From the NCBI GenBank assembly GCA_039208735.1, contig JBCCQY010000181.1:1-18320 (forward strand): DNA of 18,320 nucleotides, given 5' to 3'. The DNA is from Myxococcota bacterium (lineage in GTDB: Bacteria; Myxococcota_A; UBA796; GCA-2862545). The notes beneath the pieces were generated by a model that made no database searches, had not been told where the DNA came from, and worked only from the letters and a program-made list of their open reading frames with translations. This document shows positions 1-7,293 of the stretch, in pieces. Position numbers and translations under genes: made by a program. Positions within the stretch are counted from its first letter, which is position 1. Each line of letters opens with the position of its first letter.

Positions 1-56
1 ACCGTCCCCGGTCGCGCAGCGTCGAGTTGCGGGCCCCGAAGCGGCTCCCGAAGCCG

Positions 57-437
57 TTAGACGTCGCCGTCGAGAATCGTCGGAATTCCTTCCAGGAATG
101 TTTCGTTCGACATCCGATCGGCGCGCAAGAGCAGTCGGAAGCGCTCGGGCACGAACAAGGTCTCGGCCGCCTTTGACGTCAGATCGAGGTCCAGGTGGCG
201 CGGCCCCCGCTCAAACCGCTCGACGCCACCGTACGACGTCGAACCTTCGTTCGTCGTGAGGCAGTACGTAGCTTGGCCCAATGCTTCGTCTTCATCGTCG
301 AAGGTGCGGGCACGGAGAAAGTGCAACGCAAATCCTGAGCCATCGGCCTGTTCCGCCACTGCGGCCATCCAACCGTCAAACGTGTCCGCGGTCCCGAAAA
401 AAGCAGCCCGAACAATCAACTCGGGGCGATCAGGCAT
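57..437 (-). CDS. Imm10-like (immunity protein 10 family) protein, 126 aa
   Basis: ATG at 437-435 overlaps the upstream gene's TGA (ATGCCTGA), so it is preferred over the ORF-track start at 494. The segment AVAEQADGSGFALHFLRARTFDDEDEALGQATYCLTTNEGSTSYGGV matches the pattern I recall for Imm10 (AE..DGSG..L.F.R....D..D..LG..TYC.....G.T.YGGV). Stop TAA at 59-57. Confidence 0.7.
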   Translation of the reverse strand: MPDRPELIVRAAFFGTADTFDGWMAAVAEQADGSGFALHFLRARTFDDEDEALGQATYCLTTNEGSTSYGGVERFERGPRHLDLDLTSKAAETLFVPERFRLLLRADRMSNETFLEGIPTILDGDV

Positions 438-804
438 CGGCGTTTTCAGGCGTTGTGAACAGCCACGAAGAAAACCAACGACGATGGCTCGCAAAAAATC
501 GGTAGGCCGGCTGGGTGGCCAAGCGAAAGGGCGAGGCCAAGAGGAAGCCTACCGGCCATCCCAAACGCCGATACACCTCGATGACCGCAACGTCACCGCC
601 GTAAACCGTGCCGTCCGAATCGATGACCAGCATCTCACCGACCGCACGGTCGCGGAGTTCGCTCGAAAGCCCGTGCTCAACGGCATCTTGGCCTGCGATG
701 ACCCTAAATTGCTCTTTGTCGTCGTGGCGCCTGACCCAGCCGCCAAATCGTCGTCAAAGGCCTCAAAGGCCGTCGATGAGCACCCATGCTTGCTGGCGTT
801 CCAA
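430..804 (-). CDS. DCC/DUF393-family thiol-disulfide oxidoreductase-like protein, putative selenoprotein with UxxU motif (two in-frame TGA at 765-763 and 756-754), 124 aa
   Basis: AGGAGG (818-813) lies 8 nt before TTG (804-802). The frame reads MERQQAWVLIDGL*GL*RRFGGWVRRHDDKEQFRVIAGQDAVEHGLSSELRDRAVGEMLVIDSDGTVYGGDVAVIEVYRRLGWPVGFLLASPFRLATQPAYRFFASHRRWFSSWLFTTPENADA*. It joins ORF-track pieces 763..945 and 430..633, which are in the same frame. Both TGAs sit on the Cys positions of the DCC DGxCxxC motif. Other family hallmarks are present: W..rhD, ..DG..y.G..A, and Y..fA..R. Confidence 0.85.
714..759 (-). promoter_or_regulatory. Putative bacterial SECIS stem-loop inside the DCC coding sequence
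   Basis: Hand-folded minus-strand RNA: CUUUG(759-755)/CAAAG(718-714), A.A, CG/CG, A.A, CG/CG, AUU bulge, UGGCG(745-741)/CGCCA(729-725), G.G, CUG(739-737)/CAG(733-731), apical loop GGU (736-734). The loop starts 17 nt after the second UGA and 26 nt after the first, within the usual bacterial SECIS spacing, and has G first in the loop. Confidence 0.7.
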
Positions 805-812
805 CCTGCTTG

Positions 813-818
813 CCTCCT
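813..818 (-). promoter_or_regulatory. Shine-Dalgarno AGGAGG of the DCC gene
   Basis: Plus-strand cctcct at 813-818. It lies in the 23-nt gap after the DUF790 stop and 8 nt before the TTG start at 804. Confidence 0.75.
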
Positions 819-827
819 GATGAAGCC

Positions 828-2063
828 TTAACGTTCGGAAGGGACAAGCTGTTCGACGCGAGCCAGGACCTTTCGGGGCGAAATGACTTCGGAAAACGTC
901 AAGAGCTGGGGGTGTTCTGGGAGGTCCGACCCTTTCGAGCCACACAGTTTCTTGCTGACGAGCAGCAACCAGTCGCGTCGACCGTGTGAATCCAACATGT
1001 CGAGCCGTTGGTCAAGCGCTTCCCGACGCCAATGGCCCCACACTTCAAGGTGGACCGACCGCGCCCCATCCTCGCAGGTGAAGTCCGGGAACAACACGGT
1101 CTTGGGACCCAGCGTGATGGGCTCGGCGCCCTCCCGCAGCGTCCAATCGGTATCGGTGGTCGCAAACTGCTTGACGAAGTGCAGCTGGGATTTCGTGTGG
1201 TAGGCGCCGGTATCGCGGTAATGCGAAACGAGACCGGCTTCGTGGGTCAGGTCGAGCGTCTTGCGATGGCGCGCTTTCGTCCAGAGGACCTCGGCGTGCA
1301 AGCTCCAAGGCCCATCCTGCATCAGGAGCGCAGGAAAGAACTGGGCAAGTTGTCGACCATAGCGGGTCGAGGCCCGAAAGAGCGACATCGGGCCGTCCAA
1401 GCGTACCGTGAGGGTGCGGGTTTTGGGCTCGGCCTCGGCGCGAAACAGCAGTTGGTAGAACTTTACGTAGCGGAAGAGTTGCTTGAGGCGAGGGCCTGAG
1501 GCCTCACGGAGGGTGAGGGTGACCCCCGTGGCGCGTTGGAGTACGCCCTGCACGAGGGCCACGTTGTAGCGGTGGATGAGCCACGCTGGATCGGTGACCG
1601 CGCTGCCCAAGATCGGACGCTGACTCTCGAGATCCGAAAACAGCGCGGTGCGGGTTTCCTCGACGGAGAGACCCAGCGGTTCACCGATTTCGCCGAGGAT
1701 GTGGTCGGCCGTCGGGCGATCGAGGGGCCCTGGCGTCAGCGCTAACGGGCCGCGTTCGGCGGCCAGCGAAAAGGCCTTCCGTCGCAGGTCGATGGGATCG
1801 ACCTCCGGCACTTCGAGGAGGGTGGTGCGCTGGCGTACGAGGTGCACCAAGCCCCGCACCATGCGATGGTCGCGCCGGTCCGCGCACCACTCGTCGATGT
1901 CGGCCATCAACTCGCCGAGGGTTCGCTCTTCCGTCGCGGCTTGCGCGAACCGTTCCACGACCTCGGTGGCCGTCGTTACGATCGCCGGCTTGTCGGGTTG
2001 AACGAATGACGGTTGCAACGCGCGCTTCTGGATCTTGACGCGCAGCAATCCGCTGGGAATCAC
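828..2063 (-). CDS. DUF790 family protein (Bax1-like PD-(D/E)xK endonuclease), 411 aa
   Basis: GTG at 2063 overlaps the upstream TGA (GTGA), giving the start MIPSGLLRV, typical of DUF790. Motifs include LIHRYNVALVQGVL, LFRYVKFYQL, LDGPMSLFRASTRYGRQLA and the C-terminal nuclease core LFPDF...VHLEVWGHW. The ORF-track extension to 2537 overlaps the upstream gene and is not used. Confidence 0.88.
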   Translation of the reverse strand: MIPSGLLRVKIQKRALQPSFVQPDKPAIVTTATEVVERFAQAATEERTLGELMADIDEWCADRRDHRMVRGLVHLVRQRTTLLEVPEVDPIDLRRKAFSLAAERGPLALTPGPLDRPTADHILGEIGEPLGLSVEETRTALFSDLESQRPILGSAVTDPAWLIHRYNVALVQGVLQRATGVTLTLREASGPRLKQLFRYVKFYQLLFRAEAEPKTRTLTVRLDGPMSLFRASTRYGRQLAQFFPALLMQDGPWSLHAEVLWTKARHRKTLDLTHEAGLVSHYRDTGAYHTKSQLHFVKQFATTDTDWTLREGAEPITLGPKTVLFPDFTCEDGARSVHLEVWGHWRREALDQRLDMLDSHGRRDWLLLVSKKLCGSKGSDLPEHPQLLTFSEVISPRKVLARVEQLVPSER

Positions 2064-4426
2064 CGCCGTGCCGCGTGCATGAGGGCCTGCCACGCGTCGC
2101 GAAGCTGCCGAGGAACGGCATCGCGAGGGACGGCCTTGAGTACGCGACCCAGGCGTTCGCCTCGCCAGCCGCTCGGAATGAGCAGTTCGAGCAACCAGTT
2201 GGTGGCGGGGTGGTCCGGGGGGAGTTCGAGCAACGCCAGGAACATCTCGGCGAGGAACGGCGCTCCATCCGTGCGTTGGCTGATGCCCTCGAGAATGGCG
2301 CCGGCCAGCGGCTTGTTGAGCGGGCCTGGCGGGGCGAGAGACAGCCGTACCAGCCACCGCGCGTGGTCGAGGGGCTCCCAGCGACGGGCCGCCCCCAACC
2401 GCCGTGCTGCTTCGCCGGCGATGCGATTGCCTCGTGGATCGCCCGGGGGCGCATTGCAGAACGCCACCACCGTGGCGTCGATGGTTTCGTCGTCCCAGGT
2501 ATCGGGAGCGCCCGCTGCGAGGGCCACCCAGCCCCACACCCGGTTGGTGTTGCGCTGGCCGGCCATGCCCTCAGCGACCTTGGCAATCCCTGCATCGGGG
2601 AACGTGGATTCAAGCAGCGCATCTTCGAGGACTGCGAGCATGCGGTCTTCGGAGCTACGTCCGGCTTGAGAGAGGTGGAGGAGTCGCTCCCGGGCCGATT
2701 CGCCACGTTCGGCGACCGGTGGACGGCCACCGGACTCTCCCGACACGACCTGACGAAGAGGGTCGTCGGGAGTGGGAGCCCAGCGGCGAAGCGCATTGTC
2801 TCGCGCCGCGGGGTCACCTTCGAGCATCGTTTTGCCCCACACCTGAAGCGCCGGTGTACCGCGAACGACGGCCAACACCGGATCGCTGCCCGACGGGGCG
2901 AGCATGGCTCGTGACACCCAGGCGCGTACGACCGCTTCGGCCTCGCTGGCGCGGGAGCGCACCTGCCGAAAGAGCCGCGCCACCGCCTTGTCGCCATCGG
3001 GAACGCCGTGCAGCAAGTGCACGAGAGACTCCGTAGCCTGCTCGGTTCGCGCTTCGCGGGGCACGCTGACCCAGGCTTCGACCAGCACCTGGCCCGAGCC
3101 ATCCCGGGCGATTTCCCCCGCCACCGGTGATCGAACGATGGCGTCGATGGCGGCCTCAGCCTGTCCGAGTTGAACGAGGCGTCGCACGACATCGGGCCAC
3201 ACCGAGGTGCGGAGCGATCGTGTGGCGGAGGGGGGCCATTCGAGCAGTGTGGTTTGGATGGCGGCAATGACGGCCTGGGTGGCGACCCCGTCGTCGAGCC
3301 AGCCCATGAGCCCGTACAACCAGGGGTCGAGGGAGGCCCCCCGAGGGTAGACGTTGCACAGCTCCCGAACCAGTTCTCCGTTGGGCCGAATGCTGGCGGC
3401 TTCATCGAGCAACGCAAGCACCGCGTTCGAACGCTGCGTCGCGGGCCTGCGCCACAGCACCTGCCAAGGGCGGGGATCCTGCGTTTGGAGGGTCAGCTCG
3501 ATCAGCTCATCGGTAAGCTCGGGCGTGAGGTCAGCTCCGGCCTGAAGGCGGGCCGTCAGCGCTTTGGCTGCACCCTCGGGATCTTGCTCGAAGGAGTTGT
3601 GGGCCCCGTCGGATAGCCCGACGCCGTCGCGGATCAGGTGTTCGATCCGTTCCTCGTAGTGCCCACCTGGGCCGTCGTAGAGGTAGGCGAGCGCTTCGAC
3701 CGCCTCGGCATCGTCGTTCTTCAGTCGATCGCGGACGAAGTAGGCCACCAAATCCGCATCGGTTCGAGCCGGGGCGCGCGCATCGACCACCGTAAAGCCG
3801 TCGGTCGACTCGGTGCAGAAGACGAGATCGAATTGGTCGGGCTTGGCGCGCCCAAGCGAGGTGCCAATGCGGAGCGCGGCTCGCTGACTGGGCGGAAGGG
3901 CCGCAATCACGGCCAGCGCCATCCATCGGATGGGGGTTCCGCGACCCTGCATGGCCCGTTTGTCGACGATGACCGCCACCGGATTCCCCTGACGCATGGC
4001 CGACACCGTAGAGGCAAGCGTTGCGTGGGTCCCTGCGCCCTTTCCTGAAACGCCTCCGGCCAATTGCACAAGCTGGCGCAATGGCAGCCATGCGGGCACC
4101 GTCACGGACTCGGCGGGTCCTCGGGGATCAAACAGGTCGTCGACCGTCCACAACCACGAGGGGTGGAGTCGCAACGCATCGAGTGCGTCGCGATGGCCGA
4201 CGCGCCACACCGCTCGGTCATCTTCTTGTCGGCCCACCGCTACCCGATCATCGTCGAGGGGCTGACACCATTCCGAGATCACGCCTGGGATCTGCTGGTT
4301 TTGGAGTCGGGCGAGGAGCCGCTGGGTGTCTCGTTGGCCCAGGACGGACGGCTCCGGCTTCTCCGAGACCCGGATCCGTGGAGTTCCCGCGCCTTCGATG
4401 ACCAGGCGTCCGAGCGTCAGCGACAA
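2060..4426 (-). CDS. Large hypothetical protein (788 aa), mostly helical; N-terminal part weakly resembles GTPase-associated protein 1 (GAP1-M) domains
   Basis: Long ORF with natural composition, TTG start preceded by GAGGAAGG, and coupled to DUF790 by a GTGA overlap. The segment VAVIV...RWMALAVIAALPPSQRAALRIGT...FDLVF recalls GAP1-M. The CDS is secure; the function is tentative. Confidence 0.75.
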   Translation of the reverse strand: MSLTLGRLVIEGAGTPRIRVSEKPEPSVLGQRDTQRLLARLQNQQIPGVISEWCQPLDDDRVAVGRQEDDRAVWRVGHRDALDALRLHPSWLWTVDDLFDPRGPAESVTVPAWLPLRQLVQLAGGVSGKGAGTHATLASTVSAMRQGNPVAVIVDKRAMQGRGTPIRWMALAVIAALPPSQRAALRIGTSLGRAKPDQFDLVFCTESTDGFTVVDARAPARTDADLVAYFVRDRLKNDDAEAVEALAYLYDGPGGHYEERIEHLIRDGVGLSDGAHNSFEQDPEGAAKALTARLQAGADLTPELTDELIELTLQTQDPRPWQVLWRRPATQRSNAVLALLDEAASIRPNGELVRELCNVYPRGASLDPWLYGLMGWLDDGVATQAVIAAIQTTLLEWPPSATRSLRTSVWPDVVRRLVQLGQAEAAIDAIVRSPVAGEIARDGSGQVLVEAWVSVPREARTEQATESLVHLLHGVPDGDKAVARLFRQVRSRASEAEAVVRAWVSRAMLAPSGSDPVLAVVRGTPALQVWGKTMLEGDPAARDNALRRWAPTPDDPLRQVVSGESGGRPPVAERGESARERLLHLSQAGRSSEDRMLAVLEDALLESTFPDAGIAKVAEGMAGQRNTNRVWGWVALAAGAPDTWDDETIDATVVAFCNAPPGDPRGNRIAGEAARRLGAARRWEPLDHARWLVRLSLAPPGPLNKPLAGAILEGISQRTDGAPFLAEMFLALLELPPDHPATNWLLELLIPSGWRGERLGRVLKAVPRDAVPRQLRDAWQALMHAARR

Positions 4427-4466
4427 ACCTTCCTCACTCTTCGCGTAGCGTCTTCCGTATCGCGGG

Positions 4467-5102
4467 TCACCGGGGGCCAGGCGGAGGTTCGCCAGTCCGA
4501 TACAACATCACTTCAATCCGGTAGTTCGGATCCGACTTGTCAGCATTCGTTCGCGGGACCGGCACCTGATTGCCCCGGCCCGACACCACGAACCGCTTCG
4601 AGGCGATTTCATAGTGCGACTCAAGGTAGCTTGCGAACGCATCTGCCATCGCGAGGCTCTGCTGTCGATACGTCTTGAACATGCCTCGGTAGGCCCTCGG
4701 AATCGGTCGGGTGCCGGTGTAGCCGACGATGCCGATGTCGAGTTCAGGATGCAACAGCAAGGCGGTGGCTAGGAGATCGAGCCGAACATCCGCATCTTTG
4801 CGGATTCGCATGCTGAAGGGGTCGCTAAACACCTGATCGACGTTCAGGGTCACGATGGTGGCGTGGCCCTCCTGGGTCACCTTGCACCCAACCGAGGACA
4901 ACACCTGGTTGAGTTCGATGAGCAGGCCCGGAGGAGCTGGGTCCACAGCGCAAATCGAGATCTCCTCCTTAAGGAGACGGTTGCGCTCTCGGACGGCCAA
5001 CAGCTCGTCCTGCAGCTGCTCCACGCTAATCGGCGCGCGAGCAGCACATCCAGCAAATGACGCCCATCCCAGGGCACCGACGATGGCGAACCAGGGTCTC
5101 AT
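4467..5102 (-). CDS. OmpA/MotB-like domain lipoprotein, 211 aa
   Basis: The signal peptide MRPWFAIVGALGWASFAG|C has a lipobox. It is followed by a short coiled coil (EQLQDELLAVRERNRLLKEE) and an OmpA-C-like core (VTLNVDQVFS, LDLLATAL, IGIVGYT, FVVSGRGNQVP, NYRIEVML). An alternative GTG start is at 5111. Confidence 0.75.
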   Translation of the reverse strand: MRPWFAIVGALGWASFAGCAARAPISVEQLQDELLAVRERNRLLKEEISICAVDPAPPGLLIELNQVLSSVGCKVTQEGHATIVTLNVDQVFSDPFSMRIRKDADVRLDLLATALLLHPELDIGIVGYTGTRPIPRAYRGMFKTYRQQSLAMADAFASYLESHYEIASKRFVVSGRGNQVPVPRTNADKSDPNYRIEVMLYRTGEPPPGPR

Positions 5103-5112
5103 GCGGCGCACA

Positions 5113-6021
5113 TTACATCGAACGCGCCAGGCGGGAGTTGGCGATGCAAGGGTCGAGTACCCAATCCTGGGCGTGGAAACTCTTCGGATTCTGAGTCGCA
5201 CGGCCTGCTCCACGCACCTGTAGCCACCGACGAATCCAGCGCCGAACCCCTTCGGGGTATCGGTATTGCCAACCTTCTGCCGTGCGAACGCGGGCTTTCT
5301 CCATCCAGCCGAGCCGGATCGGGTGTTGGGCGATCGGTTGACCTTGGTACGGCCCCTCGAGGAACACGACCTGGCCGTAGTCATCAGGGCCGATCGCGTC
5401 GTCTTGGGGGGGCTGACCAATCGCTCCGGCCCAGTCCAGCATCGCTTGGAGGTCGTCGTCGACCGAGTTCTGCCGAGCTAACTTCGCGAAACACAGCCCA
5501 CAAGCTGCCGCATCGTCGGTGGCGCGGTGAGCGTTTTCGAGCGAGACCGACAGCCGCTCTGCAAGATCCGCAAGCCGGTGGGACCGGGCGTCGGGAAAGC
5601 AGCGCATGGAGAGATCGACGGTATCGACCTCGGCGAGGGGTTCAGGCCAGCGCATGCCCGGGTCACGGGTCTCTTCCTGCACCCGCTCGAGTTCCATCGA
5701 GAGAAACGCGAGGTCGAACGGATAGTTGTGAGCCACCGTGACGGCGTCGGCGAGCAACTCCCGGATCGGTTTGGCCACTTCGGCAAAGCGTGGTTGCGCC
5801 ACGACATCGGCGTTGGAGATACCGGTGATTTCCGTGACCTTGCGCCCAATGTCGCGTTCGGGGTTGATGAGCCAGGAGTGGTCCTTGCGATCCACGACCT
5901 CACCGCTTTCGTCGAGGTGTAGTTCGACCGCGGCAAATTCGATGACTCGGTCTCCCCCGAAGGGCTCAAGGCCAGTCGTCTCGGTGTCGAAGGCGACGAT
6001 CGGCAGGTGCTTCCATTTCAT
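5113..6021 (-). CDS. DEDDh 3'-5' exonuclease (DNA polymerase III epsilon-like) with C-terminal extension, 302 aa
   Basis: ATG at 6021 gives MKWKHLPIVAFDTETTG (ExoI), followed by VAHNYPFDLAFL (ExoII) and AHRATDDA (ExoIII). Confidence 0.92.
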   Translation of the reverse strand: MKWKHLPIVAFDTETTGLEPFGGDRVIEFAAVELHLDESGEVVDRKDHSWLINPERDIGRKVTEITGISNADVVAQPRFAEVAKPIRELLADAVTVAHNYPFDLAFLSMELERVQEETRDPGMRWPEPLAEVDTVDLSMRCFPDARSHRLADLAERLSVSLENAHRATDDAAACGLCFAKLARQNSVDDDLQAMLDWAGAIGQPPQDDAIGPDDYGQVVFLEGPYQGQPIAQHPIRLGWMEKARVRTAEGWQYRYPEGVRRWIRRWLQVRGAGRATQNPKSFHAQDWVLDPCIANSRLARSM

Positions 6022-6058
6022 GGTGGCGAGATTATCGCAGGCGTGAGCGGGGTGGCGG

Positions 6059-6646
6059 TCAATTGGGGTCCGGAAGCATGGCGACCGCGGCCTGCGCGGC
6101 GGCCTGCGCGCGGTGACGGTTGGCCATGTACTCCTCATGGGCATTTGGTCCCACGACGTTGGCGATCCCAAGCACAGCGACAAACCGCACGCCGCGGACC
6201 GCGCACGCATGGGCCACGCTGTAGGTCTCGAGGTGTTCGACCATCCAGTCCGCTCCTAATCGCGCCACAAGGTGTGGGTCGGTCGTGATGGCCGGTACCG
6301 TCAAGACCGTTGCAGTGGGGACCCCGCGTGCCGTGAGTGCCTCCACCCACTCTGGGTCGGATGCGAGGGGCTCGGGAGCGCGCGGCACATACCCGAAACC
6401 CAGTTCTGCGGTTCCACTGGCCCAACCGAGTCGAGAAGCGACACAAGCCTCCCCCGTCGCAATCGGAATACCGCGTGCGCCCGGGTACGCCCCAGCCGTG
6501 CCTACGAGCACGACCTCGGTAGGTCGATGCGTTTCCAATACGGTTGTGATGCCACACGCGCTCCGAATTCCTCCGATTCCAATGGGAAATCCCATGAGGG
6601 GCCCAAGCTCCTCTTGGACCGCTGCCACAATGCATCGCCCGTTCAC
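6059..6646 (-). CDS. PNP/MTAN-fold nucleoside phosphorylase/hydrolase, futalosine hydrolase (MqnB)-like, 195 aa
   Basis: GGAGG precedes the GTG start. Motifs are AAVQEE, GIGG, VVLVGTAGAY, VLTVPAIT and VEHLETYSVAHAC...GVRFVAVLGIANVVG. The exact substrate cannot be determined. Confidence 0.8.
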   Translation of the reverse strand: MNGRCIVAAVQEELGPLMGFPIGIGGIRSACGITTVLETHRPTEVVLVGTAGAYPGARGIPIATGEACVASRLGWASGTAELGFGYVPRAPEPLASDPEWVEALTARGVPTATVLTVPAITTDPHLVARLGADWMVEHLETYSVAHACAVRGVRFVAVLGIANVVGPNAHEEYMANRHRAQAAAQAAVAMLPDPN

Positions 6647-6723
6647 CTTTGCCCTCCGCTTGCGTTGCCAATACGCGTTTTGTAGGGTCGCACGGTGCTA
6701 GGGGCGAGAAGGGGCGACATCAC

Positions 6724-7293
6724 ATGGGTATGCAGCAGCATCGCATGAGCCGAGAACGCATCCTTGAGGGTGCAGGCATCATATTGGATTCGGGAAAATA
6801 CGGGCATCTGACTGTGGATGCTCTGGCGCGTTCTCTGCACATGAGCAAGAGTACGTTGTACAAGTACTTTGCGAGCAAGGAGGACGTGGTCGTCGCGCTC
6901 GTAGAGGAGTCTTGCGCGGCCGCCGAGGTGGAGTTGGCGCGAGCGCTTGCCTCCGGGACGGCAGCGGAGCAATTGACGAAGTTGGCCGAGATCATTGGCC
7001 GACACGGCGAGCGCCTGCCCCGAGCCGTCTTGGTGGAACCGGAGCGGCTTCCGGCCATCTGTAGTGAACGTTTGGCAGTTACGCGCGCGCATTTCGCAGA
7101 CGCGGCGCATCAGATTGTGACGCAGGGAGTGGCCAACAAATCGTTTGCGCATCCTGCGCCTGACATCGTCGCGGTCGCCTTTGTCGCGGCGGCTTTGGCC
7201 ATGCTCGCGAAGGCCGCACAATCGGACAAGCCCGAGTACGAAGTCACGCTTGGGTATCTGCCAGAGTTGTACCTGCCGGCGCTTCAGGCCTGA
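6724..7293 (+). CDS. TetR/AcrR family transcriptional regulator, 189 aa
   Basis: HTH region RERILEGA...LTVDALARSLHMSKSTLYKYFASKEDVV. AAGGGG lies upstream of ATG 6724; ATG 6730 and 6745 are alternative starts. Confidence 0.93.
   Translation: MGMQQHRMSRERILEGAGIILDSGKYGHLTVDALARSLHMSKSTLYKYFASKEDVVVALVEESCAAAEVELARALASGTAAEQLTKLAEIIGRHGERLPRAVLVEPERLPAICSERLAVTRAHFADAAHQIVTQGVANKSFAHPAPDIVAVAFVAAALAMLAKAAQSDKPEYEVTLGYLPELYLPALQA

Noticed and set aside
1..60. Hairpin CGGCT-cccga-AGCCG (42-56) as terminator, and a possible plus-strand gene end at TAG 58-60
   Set aside because: Short stem with no U tract, and too little sequence to support a partial CDS.
754..771. 9-nt tandem repeat GGCCTTTGA x2 (minus strand) spanning both TGAs, read as a duplication or assembly artefact
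   Set aside because: Removing one copy would destroy the family DGxCxxC spacing; with both copies the spacing is exact. A read-level check is still advisable.
430..804. Genome-wide UGA reassignment (Trp/Gly/Cys) as explanation for the TGAs
   Set aside because: TGA ends tetR, crcB and pspA at normal lengths and occurs in GTGA/TGATG stop-start overlaps. Trp and Cys use TGG and TGC/TGT elsewhere.
430..804. DCC gene as a pseudogene
   Set aside because: Stops occur only at the two catalytic positions, both are TGA, there is no frameshift, and the RBS, SECIS-like hairpin and downstream coupling are intact. Disfavoured, though not excluded without the sel genes.
256..831. 191-aa plus-strand ORF
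   Set aside because: Antisense shadow of the Imm10-like and DCC genes, with no recognisable motifs.
1681..3417. 578-aa minus-strand ORF and the 5' extension of the DUF790 ORF to 2537
   Set aside because: Pro/Arg/Ser-rich off-frame translations within the 788-aa and DUF790 genes, typical of GC-rich DNA.
6087..6110. 12-nt tandem repeat GCGGCCTGCGCG
   Set aside because: Simply encodes AQAAAQAA in the nucleosidase C-terminus.
6647..6723. TetR operator palindrome in the divergent gap
   Set aside because: Only the 6-bp ACGCGT palindrome is evident, which is too short to call.
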